Shown: one piece after another, positions 21,472 through 34,274 of the stretch
Layout: each line of letters starts with the position of its first letter
Numbering within the stretch: position 1 is the first letter of the stretch
Assembly (NCBI RefSeq): GCF_032444005.1
Contig: NC_091288.1
Location: forward strand, 207,576,001 to 207,640,000
Direction: 5' to 3'
Source: Ranitomeya imitator
Lineage: Eukaryota
Length of the DNA: 64,000 nt
The notes under the pieces: model-generated
Database searches by the model: none
Told to the model about the DNA's origin: nothing
What the model saw: only the letters and a program-made list of their open reading frames with translations
Translations under genes and position numbers: made by a program

Positions 21472-24400
21472 ATGAAGGAAAGTAGCAGCCGGCATCCCGT
21501 CAATGTTGAAGCCATTGGATTAATGCAGCATGGCAATGATAAGGTGAGACCCTATTATACACAGTATTATCGTCCAGCGGCTGAGGCGGGCAATAGAAGT
21601 GTAATATACAAAACTAAGAGTCACATTTAATACATTTATTTTATATTTGTAATACATTATTAATAATGCTAGAAAGTTGCTTATATTGCAATTCCTTTTT
21701 ATATTTAGGTTATTTATATGACTTATTTAACATAACGTAGCCATAGAAATAAATATTTTCTGGTGTCAACAGGAATTTTTTTTCCCGGATTTTTCAGGAA
21801 TTTTTTGGGGTTATAGAACCGCGAAATATCAGCATGATAAAAAGTTTAATAATAAGTTATTTAGCTCTATTTCTCGCCTGCCTTCTGCTCTTTCAGACAT
21901 ACATGTTTTCAGTTTCATGGTCCGACCACAACAAGGTCCTGATCTACCGAACATTTCAAGAATTTAAGAAATTCCAGGTAAGGTGCATATAAGGATAAGA
22001 ATTCAAAAACATTTTTTTTAAGGAAGGAAATTGTAAAAAAAAAATAATGATAATGTAGCAATTTTTTAATAATTTGCTGCGTGGTATAAAATGCGTGCAA
22101 ATTTTATTCTGTAGATCGTTACCAAATGTATTAACTTTTATGAACAATTGAAAAATTTGTTATTCTGAAAGCTGTGTCTTTTATGGTTGCTTTTTTATTG
22201 TTTTAATTTAGGAGAAAAAAATTGGTTTTGTTTTTCTTTTTTGATCTTTTTTTTATTATTATTTTTTTTACCATTTTATGGTATTTTTCTTCAGACTACC
22301 TCTTTTTTGATCTTTTTGAACATTTTATTGCGTTTTTTACAAAAATGTTTATTTTGTTTTTTTTTAAATTTGGTAGTCCACGTAGGGGACTTAATTGTGC
22401 AACGGCTTCAGTAAAACACTGCAATCCTTACATATTTCAGTGTATTATGCCTGTCGGCTAAAATTAACGTATTCAAATATGAAAATTCAGTTTAAGATTA
22501 GAGGAAAAGGCATACTGCTACTGAATGATAAAGCATGTTGTCTTTTGTACTTAGAGGGATCTTAAGAAAAAATTCCCATTAGAAGCTGGAGCCCTAAATA
22601 AGAGAGAAAGAACACTGCCCAAACTGCAAGGTGAGAAGAAAAATGATACATTATTGCATTTATTTTATGATAATATATAAAGAGGTCAATAACATGGAGA
22701 TCAATAATAAAAGTGTAGCTGCTTGCAGTCACCAACAGAGGGAGCTCATGAACTTACGTTATACTGCGTAGGCATTGACTGTATGATAATACAGTCTGCA
22801 GTAAGCTCCTGAGCTCCCCCTAGTGGTGACTGCAGGCAGACAAAATATATCATGCAGCTTTATGACAGTGCATGGGATTCGGAGCTTATGTCCGTCTCAC
22901 CGATTAAGGGCTACCGAGCACAATCAGCATTGCTGTTATACGAGCTTTTACTGAAACAAGAATTGTGTAATTTATGGCTCCTTGACAAATTTAGAGTTGA
23001 TGAAAATGGCACACAGAAAAAAAAAGTAAAAATAGTTAAAAAATGCTAATAATCGTTCCTAAAAGAAGTTACAGAAATCCATGTGCATCATATTAGGCTT
23101 AACGGGGATTTCCACTTTTGGAAAAATCAGATTAGAAAATAGTAAGAAATTGGAATTTTAAAATTAAAGTGACGGCAAAAAAATTTGAAGAACCTGTCAT
23201 TATCAAATGTCACCACTAGGTGGCAGCATGGTTCTAAAAATGGAATCTCTTTCTAGAGTTGATTTTTTTTTCTTCTTTTCAGATGCTCCTAGGATTGTGA
23301 CGAAGAGGAACGTCTCCAAGAGGTTCTTAGAAAGACTACGGCTCCTAGAGGCCTATTCACATTCTTTGCTGAAGATGGATGCCAAGATTTCACACAGCGA
23401 TATTGTGGTTCAGTTTTTCACGCTACAACACTGCGACCTGAAGCCGTCATTCCCTGAAGACAGGTGAAGATCTGCCCAGACTATATAATGTTCAGATTAT
23501 GAAGAGTCCTCCATAGCTAACATTATTATAAAGATATGGTGGCCTGGATTGGATTCAACCCCTTAGATGCCGCAATCATTTGTGATCACGGCAGCTAACC
23601 GGTTAGACAGAGGGAGGAGCCTCCTTGTTGAAGGAGGAGCCTTCCTGCTGAAGGAGGAGCTTCCCTGCTGAAGAAGGAGCCTTCCTGCTGAAGGAGGAGC
23701 TTCCCTGCTGAAGGAGGAGCTTCCCTGTTGAAGAAGGAGCCTTCCTGCTGAAGAAGGAGCCTTCCTGCTGAAGGAGGAGCTTCCCTGCTGAAGGAGGAGC
23801 TTCCCTGCTGAAGGAGGAGCCTTCCTGCTGAAGGAGGAGCTTCCCTGCTGAAGGAGGAGCCTTCCTGCTGAAGGAGGAGCTTCCCTGCTGAAGGAGGAGC
23901 CTTCCTGCTGAAGGAGGAGCTTCCCTGCTGAAGGAGGAGCTTTCCTGCAGAAGGAGGAGCTTCCCTGCGGAAGAAGGAGCCTTCCTGCTGAAGGAGGAGC
24001 TTCCCTGCTGAAGGAGGAGCCTTCCTGCTGAAGGAGGAGCTTCCCTGCTGAAGGAGGAGCCTTCCTGCTGAAGGAGGAGCTTCCCTGTGGAAGGAGGAGC
24101 TTCCCTGCGGAAGAAGGTGCCATCTTGCTGAAGGAGGAGCCATCCTGCTGAAGGAGGAGCCATCCTGCTGAAGGAGGAGCTTCCCTGCTGAAGGAGGAGC
24201 CTTCCTGCTGAAGGAGGAGCTTCCCTGCTGAAGGAGGAGCCTTCCTGCTGAAGGAGGAGCTTCCCTGCGGAAGGAGGAGCTTCCCTGCGGAAGAAGGAGC
24301 CATCTTGCTGAAGGAGGAGCCATCCTGCTGAAGGAGGAGCTTCCCTGCTGAAGGAGGAGCTTCCCTGCTGAAGGAGGAGCTTCCCTGCTGAAGGAGGAGC

Positions 24401-27400
24401 CTTCCTGCTGAAGGAGGAGCTTCCCTGCTGAAGGAGGAGCTTCCCTGCTGAAGGAGGAGCCTTCCTGCTGAAGGAGGAGCTTCCCTGCGGAAGGAGGAGC
24501 TTCCCTGCGGAAGAAGGAGCCATCTTGCTGAAGGAGGAGCCATCCTGCTGAAGGAGGAGCCATCCTGCTGAAGGAGGAGCTTCCCTGCTGAAGGAGGAGC
24601 CTTCCTGCTGAAGGAGGAGCTTCCCTGCTGAAGGAGCCTTCCTGCTGAAGGAGGAGCTTCCCTGCTGAAGGAGGAGCCTTCCTGCTGAAGGAGGAGCTTC
24701 CCTGCTGAAGGAGGAGCTTTCCTGCAGAAGGAGGAGCTTCCCTGCGGAAGGAGGAGCCTTCCTGCTGAAGGAGGAGCTTCCCTGCTGAAGGAGGAGCCTT
24801 CCTGCTGAAGGAGGAGCTTCCCTGCTGAAGGAGGAGCCTTCCTGCTGAAGGAGGAGCTTCCCTGTGGAAGGAGGAGCTTCCCTGCGGAAGAAGGTGCCAT
24901 CTTGCTGAAGGAGGAGCCATCCTGCTGAAGGAGGAGCCATCCTGCTGAAGGAGGAGCTTCCCTGCTGAAGGAGGAGCCTTCCTGCTGAAGGAAGAGCTTC
25001 CCTGCTGAAGGAGGAGCTTCCCTGCTGAAGGAGGAGCCTTCCTGCTGAAGAAGGAGCTTCCCTGCGGAAGGAGGAGCTTCCCTGCGGAAGAAGGAGCCAT
25101 CTTGCTGAAGGAGGAGCCATCCTGCTGAAGGAGGAGCTTCCCTGCTGAAGGAGGAGCCTTCCCCCTGGAGGAGGAGCTTCCCTGCTGAAGGAGGAGCCTT
25201 CCTGCTGAAGGAGGAGCCTTCCCCCTGGAGGAGGAGCCTTCCTGCTGAAGGAGGAGCTTCCCTCCTGAAGGAGGAGCCCCCGCTTTTTATGAAAAAAAAA
25301 ATACATTGAAAAAAGAAATAAATAAAATTCTTTTTTTATCTTTTAAAATCCCCCAAGGTCCATAATAACTGTGTCCCTGAAGGGGAGGGGTGCTGTCAAT
25401 ATGCCATAAGTATGTTAAGTGGGAACACCCCATTAAGAGGGTAATAAGCCTGAAGATCCATCTCTTTAATAAGCCTCATATCTGCATGTCAGGATCCAGA
25501 ATCTTGGACTGAGTCTTAGCATTCCATCTTTTTTTTTCTTTCAGCCTCGTCATAATGCCGTCAGAGAAAAAAGAGGAGACTCTGATCGTCTCATCTCACG
25601 CCCCCGATATCTCCGCTCCTCTCGTATGCTCCAAATACATGTGTATGGCCGACTATGAGACGGCGGATCTGAGGGACCGGGCATTCAGAGTGAAGCAATA
25701 TGAATTCCTTGATGTTCTGCTTAAGGAGAACACTGGTACGTGAGCAGCTGCTGTGTTTTGCTGAAATAGCGCCACTTGTGTTAACAGGCGGTGACTGGTA
25801 TTGTAGCTCAGTTCAAATTCAACAATGTGGGCAGGAGTGGTACTAATGTATTCTGATCTCATACACCCCCTGTATGCCAAATTATTTGTGATTGTGTGTC
25901 TCCGCCTAGTGGTGATGGAAGTGAACTGCAAATATGTAAATTATCACTTATAATCGCAGGATGGTGGCTGGTGGAGAACGAAGAGCGACAATTAGCCTGG
26001 TTTCCAGCACCTTATTTGCAAGATTACAGAAAAACAGAAGAATTTGACATTGTCAAAGAATGCCAAGAAGAAGGTATGATGAATCTTACGCTCATTTGTT
26101 TAGTCCTCAACTCAAATTATCATATTATTGTCAGAAATTCATATTCAAAATGATCTATCCTATTCTGCTGTAGCCAAATGGCACTAATCTTTTCATGCTA
26201 TCTCAACAGCCACCACTAGGGGGAGCACACTGCATACTGAATTATTATTGAGTTTTATGAATAAACTGTATGCAGTGTGCTCCCTCTGGTGGTGACTGCA
26301 GGTATAGTGAATGTTATTTATTAAGTCTGCAGGAGATTTTGTGCTCTGTGTCCTAACACAACAATTCTGACCACTTTAAATATATTTTCAGAGTCAGTTA
26401 AGATATTTGAAAAAAATAAATAAAATAAAGCATTTAAGGGTGTATAATAAGAGTGATCTGGGTCCTGACTTTCTCTGACATTGATTTTCTCCATTCTTGA
26501 ATAGGTATCTTGTGCGTGGTGATAAAAGGCTATCAGGCTCAGAATTTTGATGAACTTTCTGTGGGGATCGGCGTCGTGGTGGAAGTCTTGAGAAAATCAG
26601 ATTCTGGCTGGTGGCTCATCAGGTGAGGATTTTGGGGCGTTTTAGGGTGTTTAACTTCACTTTTGTTTTGGTTTAATGGTGAAATAGCGATGGAGGAGGA
26701 TCTGTTACATACTAGATATAGTCACCAGTGGCAGGTGGAAAGGATTAAGGGGTTATCCCATAAGCAACATATATCATCGGATAGGTCATAGATGTCTGAT
26801 CGATGGACATCCGACCACCGATCGTAAGAGATGTCCCAAAGTCTCACTGTGATTGGAGCAGGACTGAGCACGTGCGACCACTGCTCTATTCATCGCTATA
26901 GAAGCGGTGGTCGCACATGCTCAGTAACATCTCATTCATTGAGACCCCCCATTCTCTCAATCAGCCGGAGCCTCAGCAATCACATATTTTTCATATGGAT
27001 AGATCATAAATATTTTTTATATTCTATACTCCTTAAGAAAGCTACCATTTTTATTTTTTGCACTTTTGTTTTCTTTTATTTTTCCATTCGCATAGTCATA
27101 TGAACACTTGTTTTTTTTACGGAACAAGCTATAGTTTTAAATGACACCATTCACATTACCATATAAAGATGTGAAAAGTAGGGACAAACAATTACAGGTG
27201 TGGTAAAATAAAAAAACAACAACAATTCAGCCATTGTTTTGGGGTTTTGTGTGTGCAGTAAAAATCCTAGGATTCTTCAGGTCAGTACAATTAGATATCA
27301 TTTTTTTAATATGTTAATAACGTTAGATTTGGTTTGTGTTGCAATTTTTGAGATCCGTAAAAAATAAATATTTTTCTATTGGAGGGCTTGGTTTTTTTTT

Positions 27401-29704
27401 TACGATGTAAGATGTCGTTTCTTTTGGTTTTGGGTTACATATGACATTTTGATCAATTTGTATTTATTTTTTTGTTGCAAGTGCATTTCAATTCTGCCGC
27501 TTCCAAGTATTTTCCTTTACTTTGTTTACTGGAGGGGTTAAATATTTCTATATTTTGATAGGTTGGACTTTTACGGACGTGGTAATTTCCAATGCATTTT
27601 TTTAATTTCTTTAATTTTGGAGTAGATTTTGTTTACTTTTTTTTTTTTAAATTCGACTACTTTTTAAATAGTTTTTTTTTCCAGTGAATTTGAACCTGCG
27701 ATCTTTTTGACCACTTGCAATATATACTTTAATGCTCCAATATTGCAATATATAAGAAGTTCAATGATTTTGAATGAAGCCCAGCCACAAGTTGGACTTC
27801 ATGGGAGTACAAAGATGTCTTCAGTAGGCCCCGGCTGCCATTGTAACCCATCGTCACCCTGCTATTGAATGGGGGCGTATTGCATTCATGGGCATTTAAA
27901 TGTGAGATTCTGTATGGTTAAACAGCAGTGATCAGAGCTCGCTCCAATCTTGGCTGTTTGAGACAGTTTCTGGCTGTATAACACAGCTGGCACCTGCTCT
28001 GTATCCAGTGAGTTCAGCTCCTGAGCCTCTCCATACACATGCACCAAACCTGTGATGTGGGTATATCAAAGGTCGTTAAGGGGGTAAGAGATAATTGGCT
28101 GTGGGAGAACATCTTCCTATATCATAGTCATAGTCAGTTCAGGTCTTTTCACCAGAGCAGCCTATGAGAGTGTCGAAACTGTGAACCCAAACAATACCCT
28201 GCCTAACAGATGAGCGTGGTGGTTCGTTTCCTCTACAGTCATAGCGGGAGTGCTGACCTGGCCAGTGGTTCCCTCTACAGTCATAGCGGGAGTGCTGACC
28301 TGGCCAGTGGTCCGTTTCCTCTACAGTCATAGCGGGAGTGCTGACCTGGCCAGTGGTTCCCTCTACAGTCATAGCGGGAGTGCTGACCTGGCCAGTGGTT
28401 CGTTTCTTCTACAGTCATAGCGGGAGTGCTGACCTGGCCAGTGGTTCGTTTCCTCTACAGTCATAGCGGGAGTGCTGACCTGGCCAGTGGTTCCCTCTAC
28501 AGTCATAGCAGGAGTGCTGACCTGGCCAGTGGTTCGTTTCTTCTACAGTCATAGTGGGAGTGCTGACCTGGCCAGTGGTTCGTTTCTTCTACAGTCATAG
28601 CGGGAGTGCTGACCTGGCCAGTGGTTCGTTTCTTCTACAGTCATAGTGGGAGTGCTGACCTGGCCAGTGGTTTGTTTCCTCTACAGTCATAGTGGGAGTG
28701 CTGACCTGGCCAGTGGTTCGTTTCTTCTACAGTCATAGTGGGAGTGCTGACCTGGCCAGTGGTTCGTTTCCTCTACAGTCATAGCGGGAGTGCTGACCTG
28801 GCCAGTGGTTCGTTTCCTCTACAGTCATAGCGGGGGTGCTTACCTGGCCAGTTGTTCGTTTCCTCTACAGTCATAGTGGGGCTGCTGACCTGGCCAGTGG
28901 TTCATTTCCTCTACAGTCATAGCGGGGCTGCTGACCTGGCCAGTGGTTCGTTTCCTCTACAGTCATAGCGGGAGTGCTGACCTGGCCAGTGGTTCGTTTC
29001 CTCTACAGTCATAGCGGGAGTGCTGACCTGGCCAGAAGTAACTCTCCATGTGATTCTATCATCAAAACATGACTAGGAGGAACATCTGTCCCAGTCACTA
29101 CAATGAAATCAAGCTACAATACCAGACACCACCCATGTAAAGGTGTGGTGCAGTTTAAAGAAGATTTTCTAGACCTATCCAAGTTATAAAATTGTACATT
29201 TATGTCCACAGATACAACAAAAGAACCGGCTACATCCCATCCCTTTACCTAAAGCCGTACTCCAACCCGTGTGAAAGGTTCCATCATATCCTCGGCAGAG
29301 AGCGCCTTGGTTCCACACCCAATCTGCAGGAAGATAGGTGGTTTGGAGACACGTATTCGTTTCTATCTTTCCGACCATCGATAGACGAGCAGAGACGAAG
29401 CGATAGAGGAAGGTTGCAGTCATTGGGGAACACGTCACTGGGGTCTGAAGCCAGATCTGACCTGGACTCGGATCTAGAGAGCGTGTCAGGGAGTAGACGT
29501 AGCTCCTCCAATAGTGGCGTCTCTTTCCTGAGCACCTCCGATATCTCACTGTCCACGACCACATCAGTGTATGGCCTGCCCCAAATCCCCACAAGACCCA
29601 AACCAGAGGAGATCCTACAGAAGTGCAGCACAGTCACCAAGAATAAAGTGCGGAGGTCACTAGTGAGTATGGGGTCAACAGATGTCAACATGATCCAGCT
29701 TTAG
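21472..29704 (+). CDS. NOXO1: NADPH oxidase organizer 1-like, paralog A (441 aa). Exons 21472-21543, 21897-21977, 22555-22630, 23283-23463, 25545-25735, 25960-26073, 26505-26622, 29212-29704
   Basis: All introns GT-AG with phases 0,0,1,2,1,1,2 giving an open 1326-nt CDS. PX (FSVSWSD...IYRTF; KKKFPLEAG), SH3a ([20 protein letters not shown], near-identical to the recalled human NOXO1 [20 protein letters not shown]), SH3b ([19 protein letters not shown]) and C-terminal PQIPTRP...KCSTVTK. Confidence 0.92.
23611..25277. repeat. 20-bp minisatellite in intron 4 of NOXO1-A, about 83 units
   Basis: Units GAAGGAGGAGCTTCCCTGCT and GAAGGAGGAGCCTTCCTGCT. Confidence 0.98.
28225..29035. repeat. 46-bp minisatellite (with 41-bp variants) in intron 7 of NOXO1-A, about 18 copies
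   Basis: Unit CTACAGTCATAGCGGGAGTGCTGACCTGGCCAGTGGTTCGTTTCCT. Confidence 0.97.
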
Positions 29705-30745
29705 GTCATGATGGTGAAGACGTGGATGATAGCAGTCATTTTCATTTGTCATACTGACAGTGTGATCCTAATTATCCATCACTTCAAATTGTGCTGAAAA
29801 AGACATAAATATACGTAGCGGTAAGGCTATAGATGTAGTAGAATTTTTTCTACCTAAAATATTAGCTTTTTTTAAGGAGTAAGTATCATTTTAACTTTCT
29901 TTTCACAAATCAACAGTGCACATGAAAACGAGAACGCTTGGAATATATCTCATTAGATATATCCGTTTCTTTCTGAAAATTCTGTCTTGAAAATTTGGAG
30001 CTCATAAAATTCTATGTAGTAGGGAGGAGCAGAACGTCTGTGTCCACCTCTGGCTCTTCACTCCTCCATAAAATATTAAAAAACATCAACTGCCGTCTCC
30101 ATTCTCAGTAATGGGAAAGTCTGTCTTCACTGAATACAGATTTTACCCATGAATTGTAAATGCCAGATCAGTCCAGGAGGAGAAATACGCAGATTTCTTT
30201 GATAAAATATATTACAAAATTCCTTATTTTAATTTATACTATAGAGTTATAAAATAAAAACTAACATGACAGTTCCACTTAGTAGTGGATAATGTGTAGG
30301 AATCATGTATAGGTGCAAATCCTCAGTAAATCCCAGGGATCATTTGTAGATTTCAATCTACTGAGATTGATTAACTTTGCCTTTTGAGGCCGGATTCAAG
30401 ATCGATTAGTTATGCCTTTGGCAGTGGTTTCCAACCTGTTTTCCAACTTCTGTAAAACTACAACTCTCGGCAAAGCAAGAAAGTCACAGAGGGAAACCTA
30501 TATATGTAGGAGGCGCAGGTTGTATATTCTCTGCTGTTTTTATTACATTGGCATATGTTCTAGTTTAGTGATTTTTTTCAATAAAGAATGATGAAAATTT
30601 TAGGAGTTGGATTTTATTGACTCATCATAGAGAGAACATGGGGCCCCTGTGTATGACCAGTGCGGGGGCCCTTAGCTTTTCAACAGCTAATATGACTAGG
30701 GCCGCCTCAATATTGAATTGTGACCACAACCAATAGTAAACGTGA

Positions 30746-30748
<3 letters not shown>

Positions 30749-30786
<38 letters not shown>
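30749..30786. repeat. (AT)n microsatellite
   Basis: Perfect AT dinucleotide run. Confidence 0.95.
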
Positions 30787-30788
<2 letters not shown>

Positions 30789-32663
30789 TTGCCATTTTGC
30801 CACTCTTAAAGGGGCCATAGCAATATTTTTTAGTCTACATTCTAAAGGATGACCCTGTATACATAGCATAGTTTCAGGATAGCCCAGCCTTTGAAGTCTT
30901 GTTTGTATAATCCTCACTGTAATCTTCCATTAATCCCTTCCTGGTGACCTAATCTCTCCATTCTTGTAAATCATGTAGAGGTTCAAACATTCCTTTATAA
31001 TGTAACAGCTTACAATAATATTGCGCTGATGATATAAAAACTTTAGTTGTGGCACGGTGTCAGTCATTTATTATAACATAATTATGGCTGCGGGCAGAAA
31101 CAAGGAAGAAGTAAACAAATTAACACAAATTAGATAATACCGCACATATTGAAAAAAGGGGCTATCTGCAGTCGTGGGTTCGAGACATCCCACCCCTCCA
31201 TCCTCAAACAAGGGCTTGCTGTCCAATATCACACCTTGTAGGAAATTCATTATTTGGTAATGTGAACCTGTCACTGGATTTTTTTATATTTCAACTACCG
31301 GTATTTCCTCCAATTGCCTCTGCTCCTCTGATTTGGGAACAATTTTTCGTTTTCATCTGCGACCCTGCGTTACAAAGTTATTCCCCTCCCAAAAAAAAAA
31401 CGTGCAAACTTTCTCTTCGACCAATTGGGCGTGTACCTCACAACTTCTGTGTGGGTGTTTGTTGTTCCTCCTGTGATGCTGACCAATCAAAACACGGCCG
31501 CACTCACATAGGACATCTGTGATATACGCCCACTTGGCTGAAGGGAAAATTTGCACCATTATTACTGGGGGGTCATAACTTTGGAATGGAGGGGCACAGG
31601 AAACAAAGAAAAACTGTTCCAGAATCAGGGGATTGGCACCAATTAGAGGAAATACTCAGTGAAATGTTCACTCTAAAGACTAGAATTTGGTGTCTGCAGC
31701 TTCTGTGCCCACTTATGTGTCCCTGGCTACAGACTACGAATGGCAGCTATGTTGTCCGATCCCTCAGTTATGCGTTATTCTCTTCTCTACTGTCTGAAGG
31801 TTTTGTAAAGGCGCATTTGGCTAAGATGACAATAAATCCCAGACCTATATGTCTATGTACACACGAGTGATCACCCAGAGGAGCAGCATAATATGTGAAC
31901 TTGTCATACTCTCTTTTTTGGGGTCCCGACTAGGTGGCTGGAACCTAACAACCTATGTAGGATCACATTCCGTATGGTATTTTATACCTGTGAACCACTA
32001 ACACCCTGACACTCCTATATTCTTTTTTTTTCTTGCCGACACTCCTAATTTTACAAATATTCTACTTGGCAGCATGTAGATACCCTGACAAACTTGTATA
32101 TTGTACATGTAAAAAAAAAACAACATTTCTGCTTGAGTAACAACCATTTTCTCTGGGATCTGAGATCGTGTTCACAATTATCGTACATAATGTCCCAAAA
32201 CGCATTTCTGGCCAAGAATCAATCAAGGATTTTCAGCGACATTGGACAGGAGACACCATGCGTAACGTCAAAAATCTAAATTGTAGGCCAACAACCGTCA
32301 TCCCGGATAAGAGGCTCCAGCAGATAACGTCCACACTATGGACCAAGCATTTACCATGAATATGTGCGGTATTATTTGGACACTTTTTTGGCAGCATAGT
32401 AGTAGTGTTATTCCACTTGCTTTTCACTGTAAAGTCATGATGTGTTTTACGCCGGTCATTGAGCTAAGCGGCATCCAGGGTGCTGGGCTGAGGATGCCGA
32501 AGGAGTGACAGCTGCCGTGGAAGGCATGACTGGACACAAGTATTGCAAATCTAACTGCTCGTCTCTATCCGGCACCTGCAAAGTCCAATTCCAACAAACT
32601 TTGTATCCCAAAATTATAGTGCTACAGCCGAATACATTTGCCTTAAACTGCTAAGGAAATCCA

Positions 32664-32666
<3 letters not shown>

Positions 32667-32710
<44 letters not shown>
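32667..32710. repeat. (AT)n microsatellite
   Basis: Perfect AT dinucleotide run. Confidence 0.95.
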
Positions 32711-32714
<4 letters not shown>

Positions 32715-33224
32715 GATTTTAGCGATCGATGATTCATTGCACATGAACATGAAAAACCAGTTTAGCTGAATTACTGGCTGGTAGGAAGAACCTTTTCAAT
32801 GCGGAATTCTTCCATGAGATTTGCGTGCAGCCATTATCAGCATCACAGTACCCCATGGCAGAGCTGTACTGAGGGGTAGGGTCAGCTGTGTTTGTGTCCA
32901 TCACTTGGGGAAGAGGTACGTGGCAGATATTCTGCCCAAATGAGGGACGTACTAACAAAACGCCAAGTCGATCTGGGCTCGTTTGCAGGTCCTTGCTGAT
33001 CGAAGACTGATCGCTGCCTTTACAGAACAATGAGCAATCATGAGCATTCTTTAGTTATTTGGTGGATTATTTAATATGATCACCTGGAGACTGTAGGGCT
33101 ATCAGGCTACCTAACAGGTTTTTACAGGTATAGAAAGGTGCCCTAGTACTTATGTTTGATTGACGCAAACCACCATATCGTGTACAGTAGAAATAACCGT
33201 GCCATACAGTAAGGCACCCAAGAA

Positions 33225-33587
33225 GAATCAACGCCTTTGAAATGTGGTGCTATTGAAGGATGTTATCAATATCGTGGAAGAACAAATAAATACATTTTGG
33301 AACAAATCAGCCCAGATATGTCACTGGAAGCGAGGATCACCAAGCTACGACTTTCCTACTTTGGACACATCATACGTAGACAACAATCACCGGAGAAGGA
33401 CATCATGGTCAGAAGAATAGAAGGAACAAGGCGAAGAGGAAGACCGGAAACCCGATGGTTTGATACTATCAAGATAACAGCGGCGAAGATCCTGGCGGAT
33501 CTATCTAGGCTTCTACAAGATGGATCTTTCTACAGAGGATTCATCCATCAAGACAGCATGGCTCGAGATCGAGCTGAAGGCAGTTAA
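33225..33587 (+). mobile_element. RTE-clade LINE 3' fragment (RT C-terminus)
   Basis: INAFEMWC..., SLEARITKLRLSYFGHIIRR...EKDIM...IEGTRRRGRP..RW, matching the RTE/BovB-type C-terminal consensus. Confidence 0.8.
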
Positions 33588-34274
33588 AAAAAATGTTGAC
33601 AAAGTCAGTGGTATGCAGAGAAACCTGTTGACCCCATTGTGAAGGTCCAATATGGACCACCCCAAAGGGCCTTAGTTACTGCTTTAAAAAAAACCCTCTG
33701 GGTCCCCGGATCTGGATCCCCTGACCTTTAGGGCTCTCTTCCCAGCTCATATCTAACTGCATAGATGCTCTGCTCACCATAGAATCTACCCGGTTAAGTT
33801 GATCAGATCTAGCTCCAATCGCAGCAGTTATCAACAGGTGTCAACTGTGTAAAACAGCTTGTACCTGCTGGGTATGATGCATGAGATCACTCCATCCACA
33901 TCCTCCAGACAATATACAACAATAAATGTCAGGAGAATTGGGCGGATGTCAGGTCTCACTCCTCTTATGGGTCACATAGCATTTGTGGTATGTCATGACT
34001 TCTACATAACCCCACTACTGATTGGAAGCTTTCTGCCTATGCACAGAGAAAGCAGCCAATCAGTGCAGTGGGCGGGTTTACACAGAGCTCAACATTCAGA
34101 AAACTGCTAGATCTGCAGCAGATAAAATAGTGATTTTATCAAAACTGCAGCAAATAGCCCAGTAAGTAACACGTCGCTGGAATCAGGGTCTATTCCCCTA
34201 CATTATGCTGCTCTTAGATGGAGTAGCAAAACCCTGATGATGGATTCCCTTTAAGACGGAATGTCCTTAGATAA

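Noticed and set aside
23103-23114. GGGGATTTCC, a perfect NF-kB-like site in NOXO1-A intron 3
   Set aside because: It follows TTAAC and resembles the GGGGTT... termini of the MITEs in this window. A single 10-mer is not evidence of function.
23563-25306. Three overlapping 445-567 aa minus-strand ORFs
   Set aside because: All three frames are open only because the 20-bp repeat lacks stop codons. The region is intronic and the translations are pure repeat.
28225-29035. 46-bp repeat considered as a CRISPR-like array
   Set aside because: Units are contiguous, with no spacers.
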